A stretch of DNA of 64,000 nt, from assembly GCA_963842185.1 (NCBI GenBank), contig CAWJFL010000007.1:145176-209175 (forward strand), in the 5' to 3' direction. Made by a program: the position numbers and the translations under genes. The stretch is from an uncultured Verrucomicrobiae bacterium (GTDB lineage Bacteria; Verrucomicrobiota; Verrucomicrobiia; Palsa-1439). Of this stretch, positions 31,149 through 41,038 are shown in pieces. The stretch's first letter is position 1; the number at the start of each line of letters is the position of its first letter. A model generated the notes under the pieces. The model saw only the letters and a list, made by a program, of their open reading frames with translations. It was not told where the DNA came from and ran no database searches.

Positions 31149-31913
31149 TCAGTTCAGATGGGGTTTGACCCGCGAAAGGTTTTGGCGGGCGAGGTTCCAA
31201 TAATAGTCGTCGGTGACCCATGCCCGGGGCATGGCGAGCGCGGCTTCCAGATTATCGTTGGCTTCCTGCCACCGGTGGGCAGCGGCCAGCGTGATACCGA
31301 GTTCGACGCGGTGGGGAACGATGTGTGGGGCGATTTGACTGGCCCGCTCAAGGTCGTGGATCGCATCGTCCAGAGACGCCGAGGGAAATTTCCCGTACAG
31401 CAACTCGGCGAACTTGCGCAGCACCCAGTTGAGCTCGACCATCTCGCGGTTCCAGACACCCAAGACGTGATAAGCCAGGTCTTCCTTGTCGTCGAGTTTG
31501 ACGGCGCGTTCGGCCTCCTTTTTCACTTCACTGGCGAGGGAGACTTTGCGTTTGCCGCCTTCGTAGAGGGCGAGCTTGCCGACGGCGACAGCGAGGTACG
31601 CGTGACCCTTGGAGTCATCCGGATTGAGCTTCACGGCAATTCGGGCCAGTGCCTCGGCTTCGACGCAACACTGCTTCTGTTGGTCCGCATCCTTCGAAAG
31701 GGTGCTCGTATCGATCAGCGCCCGCGCGAGTTTCCATGTGGCTTCGTAATCATCGGGTGCGTGGATGTGCGCGGCGCGGTAGGCCTTCAACGCGGAGTCG
31801 AGATCAAATCTGGCGAGGGCGGCGTCGCCCATCGCGACGCCCTGTTGGGCTTGCGCCCGGGCGACGATCCCGAACAGACAAAGAGCCAGCCAGAGGCTAC
31901 GGCTCATAGTCAT
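31149..31913 (-). CDS. Secreted all-helical (TPR-like) protein, function unknown
   Basis: Signal peptide [22 protein letters not shown], followed by repeated helical-hairpin-like segments. Confidence 0.6.
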   Translation of the reverse strand: MTMSRSLWLALCLFGIVARAQAQQGVAMGDAALARFDLDSALKAYRAAHIHAPDDYEATWKLARALIDTSTLSKDADQQKQCCVEAEALARIAVKLNPDDSKGHAYLAVAVGKLALYEGGKRKVSLASEVKKEAERAVKLDDKEDLAYHVLGVWNREMVELNWVLRKFAELLYGKFPSASLDDAIHDLERASQIAPHIVPHRVELGITLAAAHRWQEANDNLEAALAMPRAWVTDDYYWNLARQNLSRVKPHLN

Positions 31914-32247
31914 CCGCGGGGAATTCCGGCTTCATGATCGGCTTGTAGCCATGTGGAAATGGGACCGGGAACGTGACCACGTCGTAGACCCCCGTGACTT
32001 CGCGTCCCATCCAGCGCGCGAAGCCTTTGCCCACACCGTAGGTGACACCAGCGCCACCGCCGTGTGCCGCCGTGGTCTTGGTGATCTGATTGGGCATTTC
32101 CACGATGCCGAACAGGACATTGGCGAAGCCGCGGCAAAGTTTGCGGAGAGCATTCTGGCCACGCGGAATGTCTTCGGTATCGGCCATGGCACGGAAGGGG
32201 AGAACGAGGGCCAAGACCATGAACAAAGCGAAGAGTTTGGCTTTCAT
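31897..32247 (-). CDS. Small secreted protein resembling the exosortase-system-associated TIGR04073 family
   Basis: Trimmed to MKAKLFALFMVLALVLPFRAMA (signal peptide). The core KLCRGFANVLFGIVEMP..GVGKGFARWMGREVTGVYDVVTFP matches my recollection of that family. This was not verified by a search. Confidence 0.55.
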   Translation of the reverse strand: MKAKLFALFMVLALVLPFRAMADTEDIPRGQNALRKLCRGFANVLFGIVEMPNQITKTTAAHGGGAGVTYGVGKGFARWMGREVTGVYDVVTFPVPFPHGYKPIMKPEFPADDYEP

Positions 32248-32330
32248 GTGCCCACTGTAGCCGGTCTTCGGCCGTTGTTCAATTTCTTTCCCTTGCAGGC
32301 GTCGGTGAGGCTTCGGTAAGCTGGTTCGCG

Positions 32331-33074
32331 ATGAAGCTGAGAGGCAAGACGGCACTGGTGACGGGCGCAGGGAAGCGGGTCGGGCGGGAAATTGCGCTCG
32401 GCCTGGCGCGACACGGGGCCAATGTCGTGGTGCATTACAACACGTCGGCGGGGGACGCGCGACAGGTGGTGGGGGAGATCAAAGCACTTGGCGTGGACGC
32501 CATCGCGGTGAAGGCGAACCAAGCCAGTGCGCGCGAGGTGCGAGCGGCGGTCAACAAGGCCGTGAAACATTTTGGCGACATCCACGTCCTTGTGACCAGC
32601 GCGGCGGTGTACAAGAAGACGCCGTTCGACACGCTCACCGAAGAGGATTGGGATTTCCACATCGATGCAAACCTGAAAGGGCCGTTCCTGTTTGCGCTCG
32701 AAATCGGGCGGCGCATGAAGGCGCGGGGGATCGATGGGAAGATTATTACGTTCGCCGACTGGTCGGCGATCCGGCCGTACGCGAATTATTTGCCATACTG
32801 CGTTTCGAAGGCGGGCGTGATCTGCCTGACCAAGTCACTGGCCAAGGCGCTCGGGCCGAAGGTGCAGGTCAATGCCATCGCGCCGGGCCCGATCTTGCTT
32901 CCGCCGGATCTGACGGAGGAGGAGAGGCAGGAAGTGGTTGAGGCGACGGTCGTCAAGCGCATCGGCTCGCCGCAGGACATCGTCAACTCCGTTCTGTTTC
33001 TCATCGAGGGCAGCGATTTTATCACCGGCCACACGTTGATGGTGGATGGCGGGCGGTTGATTGCGGGGGTATGA
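32331..33074 (+). CDS. Short-chain dehydrogenase/reductase, pteridine reductase (FolM/PTR1)-like
   Basis: The cofactor motif TGAGKRVGREIA fits TGx3RxG rather than TGx3GxG. Catalytic YCVSK. Adjacent to a PTPS/QueD gene. Confidence 0.8.
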   Translation: MKLRGKTALVTGAGKRVGREIALGLARHGANVVVHYNTSAGDARQVVGEIKALGVDAIAVKANQASAREVRAAVNKAVKHFGDIHVLVTSAAVYKKTPFDTLTEEDWDFHIDANLKGPFLFALEIGRRMKARGIDGKIITFADWSAIRPYANYLPYCVSKAGVICLTKSLAKALGPKVQVNAIAPGPILLPPDLTEEERQEVVEATVVKRIGSPQDIVNSVLFLIEGSDFITGHTLMVDGGRLIAGV

Positions 33075-33077
33075 ACC

Positions 33078-33479
33078 ATGTTTCGGGTGACGAAGCACAT
33101 CGAGTTTTGTTACGGGCATCGGTTGCTGAACTACGACGGGAAGTGTCGGCATTTGCATGGCCACAACGGGCGGGTGGAGGTGCACATCGAGGCCGACAAG
33201 CTGGATGCGCGCGGGATGGTGCACGATTTCGCCGGGATCAAGGAGACGATCAAGAACTGGATCGACGAAACTCTCGATCATCGGATGTTGCTGCACAAGG
33301 ACGATCCGATTGTGCCGGTGCTGAAGCAGCGTGGGGAAGTGTTCTACACCATGGACGAAAATCCCACCGCCGAGAACATTGCGAAACTTATTTTCAACCA
33401 CGCGCGATCGAAGGGATTGCCGGTCGTGGAAGTACAACTGTGGGAAACACCCACGTCATCAGCCAGTTACCGTGGCTGA
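33078..33479 (+). CDS. queD: 6-carboxytetrahydropterin / 6-pyruvoyl-tetrahydropterin synthase family protein
   Basis: FCYGHRL.. and CRHLHGHN (the Cx3HGH zinc/catalytic motif), then DHRMLL. Length 133 aa. Confidence 0.88.
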   Translation: MFRVTKHIEFCYGHRLLNYDGKCRHLHGHNGRVEVHIEADKLDARGMVHDFAGIKETIKNWIDETLDHRMLLHKDDPIVPVLKQRGEVFYTMDENPTAENIAKLIFNHARSKGLPVVEVQLWETPTSSASYRG

Positions 33480-33593
33480 GTTTTCGGCGCTGGATTCTCC
33501 GTTGCCGTCGTCGGGCGTGCTTTTGATGTGCCCTCCTTGCGCCATGCGGTGACCTGCATTAAGTTGTATGCAGGTGACACGCATGAACGGGCC

Positions 33594-33612
33594 ATGGCAA
33601 ACGGTTTGCCAT
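33594..33612. promoter_or_regulatory. Perfect 9+1+9 palindrome ATGGCAAAC-G-GTTTGCCAT, an operator-like site
   Basis: Read directly from the sequence. It lies in the intergenic region and ends 15 nt upstream of the ATG at 33628. Confidence 0.3.
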
Positions 33613-33627
33613 TCGTCAGGAACCACA

Positions 33628-34236
33628 ATGGTCGGGGTCTTGGCGGCGGGGGCTGTGTACCTTGGGTTGCTTTCCCGGACGTTCGCGCAAGCGGCCCAAA
33701 CCAATCCACTGGTGGAATACGTTTCGCCGTCTCGTCCATCTTCGGACGCGACGCCAAATTCTATTACGCAGACGAACATCGGCGATTCCGGCTCCATCAC
33801 CGCTCCCTCGTGGGGGGATGCTCTCAAGCCCAACATCAGGACTTCCTCTGGTGATCGTTTGGTGAGCTTCGAACAGGAATACGGCATGGGCGAAGAAAGC
33901 AGTTCCACGTTTGGGAAGGTGCTCCAGGCGGCCAAGTACGGGCTGGACAAGACGTGCTTTACGGTGCAGGAGGCGGCGAAGAAACTGGAATTCAAATACG
34001 ACACATCGGAAGCCAGTTCGGGTGTTCTTGGAGGCGACGCGGGCGAACCGCAGTACTCCCTGCCCGTGTTTGGCCGGTTCAGCCACGCGCAACTACAGAC
34101 GCAGGTCACGGTGCACGATCCGCAGACTGGCCAGGTGTTTATCGGCGTGAAACTGGCGATACCGTTCGGGCCAGGTGGACAAGAGGCCGTCGTGTCGCCT
34201 CGTAGCGAGACGCGCCAACGTCAACCCGCAAGCTAG
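33628..34236 (+). CDS. Hypothetical secreted protein
   Basis: Trimmed to Met21, which gives a signal-peptide-like MVGVLAAGAVYLGLLSRTFAQA. The rest is Ser/Thr/Gly-rich with no recognisable domain. Confidence 0.5.
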   Translation: MVGVLAAGAVYLGLLSRTFAQAAQTNPLVEYVSPSRPSSDATPNSITQTNIGDSGSITAPSWGDALKPNIRTSSGDRLVSFEQEYGMGEESSSTFGKVLQAAKYGLDKTCFTVQEAAKKLEFKYDTSEASSGVLGGDAGEPQYSLPVFGRFSHAQLQTQVTVHDPQTGQVFIGVKLAIPFGPGGQEAVVSPRSETRQRQPAS

Positions 34237-34328
34237 ATTGACTGAGGCAAGCGTTACGGCCTTCTTCAGCGCTTCTCATCTGCACCAAGAGGTTTCGGCT
34301 CGACCACGCTACTGTCGCGCGTCAGCTT

Positions 34329-35156
34329 CTATTGTGAAAGCCAGACGGGTTTGCCGTGGAATTTGATCCCTTTATTATCCAGCGCCTTGAGGAGCTTGCT
34401 CAACCAGTGCACGAAGGTGTTGAAGCGCCGCAGCACGGCATCTTCGGATTTCTTTGTCGATTCATCGTCGCTGCTCAGGAGAGACGTGGGGCCGCCTTCG
34501 CGAACATGGATGCCGCGGGCGCGCCGGGCCAGTTCCACTTTCCAACGCTCCAAGGCGACCATGCGACCATCGAGCGTGTAATCCGCGGGCCGGATCTTCT
34601 TGAGCACTTCCTTATCGGCGGTGTTCAACAGCCCGTGTTTGACGAACAGGTCGACCACAACCGAACACAACCGCTCGGCCGCTTCGAGATGCTCGAAGGC
34701 GGGTGGTACGGCAATGGTTTCGGCGTCGACAGCCGTCGACGGCGTGACGGCAGCGGGTGGGGCCACCTTGACGGGCTCCGGGGACGGACCAAACGAGCGG
34801 ATAATTCGCGACGTCCCTTGATGGCCGCCGACATGAAGCACCTTGACGGCGGTGTGTTCGGTTTTCAATTCGCTTTCGATTTCCTCCCGGGCCGCGACGG
34901 AGAGCAGCACGGTCTGGGTCGGGAGATCCACGGAGGCTCGCAGCGACTTTCGCATGAGCAGGTCTTGCACAATCTCGACCGAGTGGGCGTTCTGGATGTC
35001 CAGCAGGTCATGGATCGTCATCGCATCGATGGCGGCCAAGACGTCTTCACCGGGTGGACCGATCTGCAAGCCGAGATTGTTCTGGATGGAGTGGGAAAGG
35101 TTGTCGAGATTCGGATGCTTCTGACCGCCGCCGAACATTCCGCCGAATAGTGGCAT
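34329..35156 (-). CDS. Hypothetical protein (275 aa), no recognisable domain
   Basis: The 424-aa ORF was trimmed to the Met preceded by GGAGG (MPLFGGMFGGGQKHP..). The upstream part of the long ORF is Arg/Pro-rich and overlaps acyP on the other strand. There is a central Pro/Ala-rich linker. Confidence 0.55.
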   Translation of the reverse strand: MPLFGGMFGGGQKHPNLDNLSHSIQNNLGLQIGPPGEDVLAAIDAMTIHDLLDIQNAHSVEIVQDLLMRKSLRASVDLPTQTVLLSVAAREEIESELKTEHTAVKVLHVGGHQGTSRIIRSFGPSPEPVKVAPPAAVTPSTAVDAETIAVPPAFEHLEAAERLCSVVVDLFVKHGLLNTADKEVLKKIRPADYTLDGRMVALERWKVELARRARGIHVREGGPTSLLSSDDESTKKSEDAVLRRFNTFVHWLSKLLKALDNKGIKFHGKPVWLSQ

Positions 35157-35330
35157 AGTGCTCCTCCCGGGGTGACAGAGTGAATCTAAACCCGGTGGCC
35201 GCCAAAATGCAAGCCCGAGAATGGGACGGGTGTGCGCCGGGCCGACTGTGGGATCGGTTCCACACCGGTATCGGTTGAGCCGTTCACTTGACTGGTTTGC
35301 GGTTTGTCGATAGTCTGGTTGCCTGACTGT

Positions 35331-35606
35331 ATGGTGAAACGCGCGACGGTCTTTTATACAGGGAGGGTGCAAGGGGTTGGGTTTCGGTACACCGCGCGTG
35401 AAATTGCTTGCGGATATGACGTGACGGGATACGTTCGCAATCTGCCTGATGGACGGGTGGAGGTGGTTGCCGAGGGAGCCGAAGAAGAGGTCCGGGCCTA
35501 TGCCGAGGCCCTGCGGGCCAGCCAGCTCGGAAGCCACATACGAAATGCCGACATGAATTGGAGCGATGCCACGGAAGAATTCCGCGGCTTCGAAATACGA
35601 CATTGA
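35331..35606 (+). CDS. acyP: Acylphosphatase
   Basis: VFYTGRVQGVGFRYTA..GYVRNLPDGRVEVVAEG is the canonical acylphosphatase signature. The stop overlaps the next start (ATGA). Confidence 0.88.
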   Translation: MVKRATVFYTGRVQGVGFRYTAREIACGYDVTGYVRNLPDGRVEVVAEGAEEEVRAYAEALRASQLGSHIRNADMNWSDATEEFRGFEIRH

Positions 35607-36469
35607 TGGATGCCATTCGAACAGAACAACTGACGAAGAAGTACGATTTGGGCTGGCGGAAGGGGAAACTGCTGGCGCTGGAAAAACTCAACTTGCACGT
35701 GCGGGAAGGTGAAGTGTACGGGTTGCTCGGTCCAAACGGTTCGGGAAAGAGCACCACGCTCAAGCTGGTGCTTGACCTCGTGGTCCCCACCGAGGGGAAT
35801 GCATGGATTTTCGATGTCCCCTGCAGCAAGGTGGTATCGCGGCTGCACGTTGGGTTTCTTCCTGAAAATCCGTACTTCTACCGCTACCTGACCGGCACCG
35901 AGACGCTCGAATTTTACGGGAAACTGTGCGGCATGCGAGGCGCCGCACTGAACAAACGGATCGGCGAATTGTTGGATCTGGTTGGCTTGGGCCGCGCGCG
36001 CGGCCGTCGACTGGCGGGATACTCGAAGGGCATGCTACAACGCATTGGCCTGGCGCAGGCGCTGATCCATGATCCCAAACTGCTGTTGCTTGACGAACCA
36101 ACGGCCGGTGTGGATCCCATCGGCAGCAAGGACATTCGCGATCTCATCTTGCGGTTGAAAGGCATGGGCAAAACAGTCCTGCTTAGTTCGCATTTGTTGG
36201 CCCAGGTACAGGATGTTTGCGACCGTATCGGCGTTCTCAACCGCGGGCAGATGATCCTGGAGGGCGACGTCCAGACGCTCATCAGCGATCAAAAGCGGCT
36301 GAGCATTACGGTACAGGACCTGCCAGAAGCGGCCAGGGCCCGGGTCGAAGAGGCGGTGCGAGCTGCGGGGGCGTCGATTGTGTCGGTCGGACATCCGCAG
36401 ACGACGTTGGAGGCGTTGTTCCTGGAGGCCCTGAGAAAGGATCAGCGAGGAGAAGGTGAACATGACTGA
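35606..36469 (+). CDS. ABC transporter ATP-binding protein
   Basis: Walker A GPNGSGKST, signature YSKGMLQRIGLAQAL, Walker B LLLLDEPTAGVD. Confidence 0.92.
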   Translation: MDAIRTEQLTKKYDLGWRKGKLLALEKLNLHVREGEVYGLLGPNGSGKSTTLKLVLDLVVPTEGNAWIFDVPCSKVVSRLHVGFLPENPYFYRYLTGTETLEFYGKLCGMRGAALNKRIGELLDLVGLGRARGRRLAGYSKGMLQRIGLAQALIHDPKLLLLDEPTAGVDPIGSKDIRDLILRLKGMGKTVLLSSHLLAQVQDVCDRIGVLNRGQMILEGDVQTLISDQKRLSITVQDLPEAARARVEEAVRAAGASIVSVGHPQTTLEALFLEALRKDQRGEGEHD

Positions 36470-37361
36470 GACCGCCACTGCCGCGCCATCCGCGAGCCGG
36501 GAACGGGTTGGGTTTTCCGCGCACCGGGTGAGTGTGATTGCCGTCAACACGCTTACCGAAGCGGTTCGCCAAAAGGTGTTCATCCTGTTCTTGCTGATCG
36601 GGTTGGTGTTCATCGCCTCAGCGGTTTTTTTCGCCCAATTTACCTTCGGGGAACAGATGAAGTTCATCAAAGACACCTGTCTCGGGGTGATCTCGGTCAT
36701 CAGCACGTTGATCGCCATTGTGGGCACGGCGCAATTGTTGCCGAGCGAAGTAGAGAATCGAACCATCTACACCATCCTCGCGAAGCCCGTGAGGCGCTTC
36801 GAGTTTCTGCTCGGGAAATTTTGCGGCAGCTTGTTGTTGCTGTTGTTGAGCATGGCCGCCATGTGTATTTTGTTCGCCGCGGTACTCTGGATCAAAGAGC
36901 AGGGAATGATCCGGGAGTTGAGCCAGACGTACGTAGGCGAGTCGCCGGCCGCCCACGTGGAGGCGCAGAACCAAATCACGCAGGTCCAAACCGAGGTGCT
37001 CGATGTGGAGTTGGTGAAGGCATTGGTCGCCGATCTGGCGAAGGCGACCCTTGTCGCTTCGGTTACACTTCTCGTGTCGACATTTTCCACCTCGCTCGTG
37101 TTCAACGTCGTTGTCCCCTTCATGGTGTTTGTCGCGGGAATGCTGCGGGGAAGCGCGGCGGAGATGTGGGGCGCTCACCGATTGTTTATGGCGGTCTTGG
37201 CGGTGATACCAGATTTTGGATTGTTCAGCATTGCCGATGAGATCAACCTCGGGAAAGCGGTTCCCTGGGCTCACATTGGCCAGATTGTCATTTATGGGGT
37301 GGCGCGGACCCTGGTGATCGTGGTCGCCGCCCATCTGGTCTTCTCGCGGCGGGAGATTTAG
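36456..37361 (+). CDS. ABC-2 type transporter permease
   Basis: A multi-TM protein overlapping the ATPase gene, with a large loop between TMs as in ABC-2 exporters. Confidence 0.75.
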   Translation: MNMTETATAAPSASRERVGFSAHRVSVIAVNTLTEAVRQKVFILFLLIGLVFIASAVFFAQFTFGEQMKFIKDTCLGVISVISTLIAIVGTAQLLPSEVENRTIYTILAKPVRRFEFLLGKFCGSLLLLLLSMAAMCILFAAVLWIKEQGMIRELSQTYVGESPAAHVEAQNQITQVQTEVLDVELVKALVADLAKATLVASVTLLVSTFSTSLVFNVVVPFMVFVAGMLRGSAAEMWGAHRLFMAVLAVIPDFGLFSIADEINLGKAVPWAHIGQIVIYGVARTLVIVVAAHLVFSRREI

Positions 37362-37370
37362 AAAGCGCGC

Positions 37371-38162
37371 ATGAGACTGCTCGTGGCCATCATACTTTTC
37401 GGCATCGGGTTTGCCCTCCTGCCGTTGGAGAACTCGGTGCGAACCGAGCGGCTCCAAATGAAGTATGGGGGGGCGCACGTGACGTTCCAGTTGCGCGAAG
37501 CCATCGGGCAGAACCTCGCCATTGCGCTACTGGCAGGAATGCGCGGCATCGTCGCCGATTTTTTGTGGATCCAGGGCCACAGCTTCTGGGAGAAAAGGGA
37601 GTGGCTGCGACAATACCGCGATATCGAAATCGTCGTTACCCTGCAACCACAGTCGGTCATGTTTTGGGACCTGGGCCAGTGGCACATGGCCTGGAACATC
37701 GGCTACGGCGCGTATTCGGATCCAAAGAACCGAACGAAAGCCGAGGGGATCAAGCGGGAACGGGAATGGCACGAAAAGGCACGGGAATTTATCACCCGTG
37801 GAATTGAGAATATACCGAACCGGTACGAGTTGTATTTCACCATGGGCTGGCTTTATTTCGAAAAACTGAGCAAGGACTGTGACAACCCGCCGTGCCGTGA
37901 CGCATTTTGCAAGAGCGCTGAATACCTCGGAATGGCCTCGAGTTTCCCCGATGCGCCGCAGTTTGTCCCCCGCTTGTATGCGCGAGCCCTCGAGAAGTGC
38001 GGCGACCTCAGTGCCGCGTATGCGGAGTGGAAACGCCTGTGGTACCTGGATCATTCCACGACCCAGCAGGCGTGGAGCATTATTGAACGGGAAATTCGCA
38101 GGCTGGAAAATAACCTGCAAATCCCCAACCAACAACGCGTGTTTCCCCAACCGACACCCTAA
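37371..38162 (+). CDS. Hypothetical membrane-anchored helical protein following the ABC-2 genes
   Basis: N-terminal TM LLVAIILFGIGFALLPL, then a second hydrophobic segment, then a W/Y-rich helical region. No family recognised. Confidence 0.55.
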   Translation: MRLLVAIILFGIGFALLPLENSVRTERLQMKYGGAHVTFQLREAIGQNLAIALLAGMRGIVADFLWIQGHSFWEKREWLRQYRDIEIVVTLQPQSVMFWDLGQWHMAWNIGYGAYSDPKNRTKAEGIKREREWHEKAREFITRGIENIPNRYELYFTMGWLYFEKLSKDCDNPPCRDAFCKSAEYLGMASSFPDAPQFVPRLYARALEKCGDLSAAYAEWKRLWYLDHSTTQQAWSIIEREIRRLENNLQIPNQQRVFPQPTP

Positions 38163-38164
38163 CC

Positions 38165-38905
38165 ATGGCCAGCCCCGCTATACGCTACGCGATCCTCAGT
38201 GACATTCATGGGAACCTCGAAGGGCTCGATGTGGTTCTGAAGGATGCGCGGGAGCAGAAGTGCACGCACTACGTCTGTCTCGGCGACATTGTCGGTTACG
38301 GGCCGAACCCGAGGGAATGTCTCGACGTGGTTCGTCGTCTGGAGTGCCCCGTGATCATGGGCAACCATGACGAATACTGCGCCTCGGAGATCGAACTTAC
38401 CGGGTTCAATCCGATGGCCGCCGAGGCGATCCGCTGGACCCGCACCCAGTTGAGCGCCGAGGAGAAGAACTGGTTGCGCGACCTCAAGTATGTTCGGCAT
38501 GTCGAATCGTTCACGATCGTTCACGCCACGCTCGATCTGCCGGAAAAATGGGCGTATGTCTTCGACCGGCTGGCCGCGCAGGCCAGTTTCAATTATCAGC
38601 ACACACCCGTGTGCTTCAATGGCCACACCCACGTACCGGTCGCATTTGTCCGCGGTCCCAGCGGGTTGCAAGGTGGTCTGTACTCGAAGATTAAAATCGA
38701 AGTCGGCCGCAAGTATTTCATCAACGTTGGTTCCGTCGGCCAACCGCGGGATCGCAGCCCGAAGTCGGCCTACGTGGTGTTCGATCTGATGAGCAATCTC
38801 ATCGAATTGCGCCGCGTGGAATACGACATCGGTATGACGCAGAAGAAGATTCGTGCCGCCGGATTGCCCGAGTCGCTCGCCGAGCGCCTGGCACACGGAC
38901 GGTAG
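38165..38905 (+). CDS. Metallophosphoesterase (calcineurin-like, YfcE/MJ0936-type)
   Basis: Motifs ILSDIHGN, GDIVGYGP, GNHD and GHTH appear in the canonical order. Confidence 0.85.
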   Translation: MASPAIRYAILSDIHGNLEGLDVVLKDAREQKCTHYVCLGDIVGYGPNPRECLDVVRRLECPVIMGNHDEYCASEIELTGFNPMAAEAIRWTRTQLSAEEKNWLRDLKYVRHVESFTIVHATLDLPEKWAYVFDRLAAQASFNYQHTPVCFNGHTHVPVAFVRGPSGLQGGLYSKIKIEVGRKYFINVGSVGQPRDRSPKSAYVVFDLMSNLIELRRVEYDIGMTQKKIRAAGLPESLAERLAHGR

Positions 38906-38916
38906 AACGTCGCTCA

Positions 38917-38936
38917 CCGGTCCGGCGACGGACCGG
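38917..38936 (+). other. GC-rich stem-loop with a GCGA tetraloop, function unknown
   Basis: CCGGTCCG-GCGA-CGGACCGG is a perfect 8-bp stem 12 nt after the phosphoesterase stop. No U-tract follows, so it is not a classical terminator. Confidence 0.25.
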
Positions 38937-38991
38937 AGCAGCCAAAACCGGCGCTTCACAGAAGCGCGGACACGTCGTAAGCTCGCGCACG

Positions 38992-39951
38992 ATGCGGATT
39001 CTCATCATCAAACCCAGTTCGCTCGGGGACGTCGTCCAAGCGCTGCCGACGGTCAATCTCATCCGCCGGAAATATCCCCAGGCGCACATCTCGTGGTTGG
39101 TGAACGACACCCTCACGTCACTGCTCAAACACTGCCCGATCATTGACGACATCATTCCATTCGAGCGGCAGCGCTTTGGTTCACTGACGCAGCTTCCGCG
39201 TTTCGGAAACTTCCTTGCCACGCTCAAAGAGCGGCATTTCGACATCGCCATCGACCTGCAAGGGCTGCTGCGCAGTGGCATCATCAGTTGGGCGACCCGG
39301 GCGCCGCGTCGCATCGGGTTGAGTGACGCCCGCGAAGGCGCGAGATTGTTCTACAACGAGATCGTGAGGGTCCCGCGCGCGCACGCCGTGGATCGGTATC
39401 TCCTGACCGCGCAGCACCTGGGTTGCGATTCCGCTCCCATTGAGTTTCCGCTGGGGGTGCCCAGATCGGTGACATCCGAAGGCCTGATTGCCGTGAACCC
39501 GTCCGCGCGTTGGGCAACGAAGCTGTGGGGCAACGACAAGTTTGCCGAACTCATCCGTCGCCTCCCCTCCGAGCGCGTCGTGTTGACGGGTTCCGCAGCC
39601 GAACGCGAGCAAATCGACACGATTGCCCAGGGACGACGAAATCTGGCGGGCCAGACCGACCTCTTCCAACTGGCGGAGCTCTATCGCCGTTGTCAGGTCG
39701 TCATCACCAACGACAGCGGCCCGATGCACCTCGCGGCAGCGGTGGGCACTCCCGTGGTCGCGATCTTTGGGCCGACCGATCCGGCGCTGACCGGACCGTA
39801 CGGCGACCATCATGTTGTGCTGCGCGCCGGCATTCCCTGTTCCCCGTGTTTCAAGGACCACTGCACCAATCGGGTCCGCATGGAGTGCATGAATCTGGTC
39901 TCGGTCGAGCAGGTCCTGAAGGCAGCCGAAACCTTCATCGCGAAGGAGTGA
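38992..39951 (+). CDS. Glycosyltransferase family 9 (LPS heptosyltransferase-like)
   Basis: MRILIIKPSSLGDVVQALP.., VITNDSGPMHLAAAVGTPVVAIFGPT and C-terminal CSPC are typical of GT9. Confidence 0.85.
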   Translation: MRILIIKPSSLGDVVQALPTVNLIRRKYPQAHISWLVNDTLTSLLKHCPIIDDIIPFERQRFGSLTQLPRFGNFLATLKERHFDIAIDLQGLLRSGIISWATRAPRRIGLSDAREGARLFYNEIVRVPRAHAVDRYLLTAQHLGCDSAPIEFPLGVPRSVTSEGLIAVNPSARWATKLWGNDKFAELIRRLPSERVVLTGSAAEREQIDTIAQGRRNLAGQTDLFQLAELYRRCQVVITNDSGPMHLAAAVGTPVVAIFGPTDPALTGPYGDHHVVLRAGIPCSPCFKDHCTNRVRMECMNLVSVEQVLKAAETFIAKE

Positions 39952-40002
39952 ATTGCATTCGCGGCCCGTCACGATTATAAATCGCCCCGAGGGATTCAGT
40001 AC

Positions 40003-41034
<1,032 letters not shown>

Positions 41035-41038
41035 GGAT

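Noticed and set aside
34329-35603. Full 424-aa minus-strand ORF
   Set aside because: The N-terminal 149 residues are low-complexity and overlap the well-supported acyP gene on the opposite strand. An internal Met with a GGAGG RBS at 35156 is the more plausible start.
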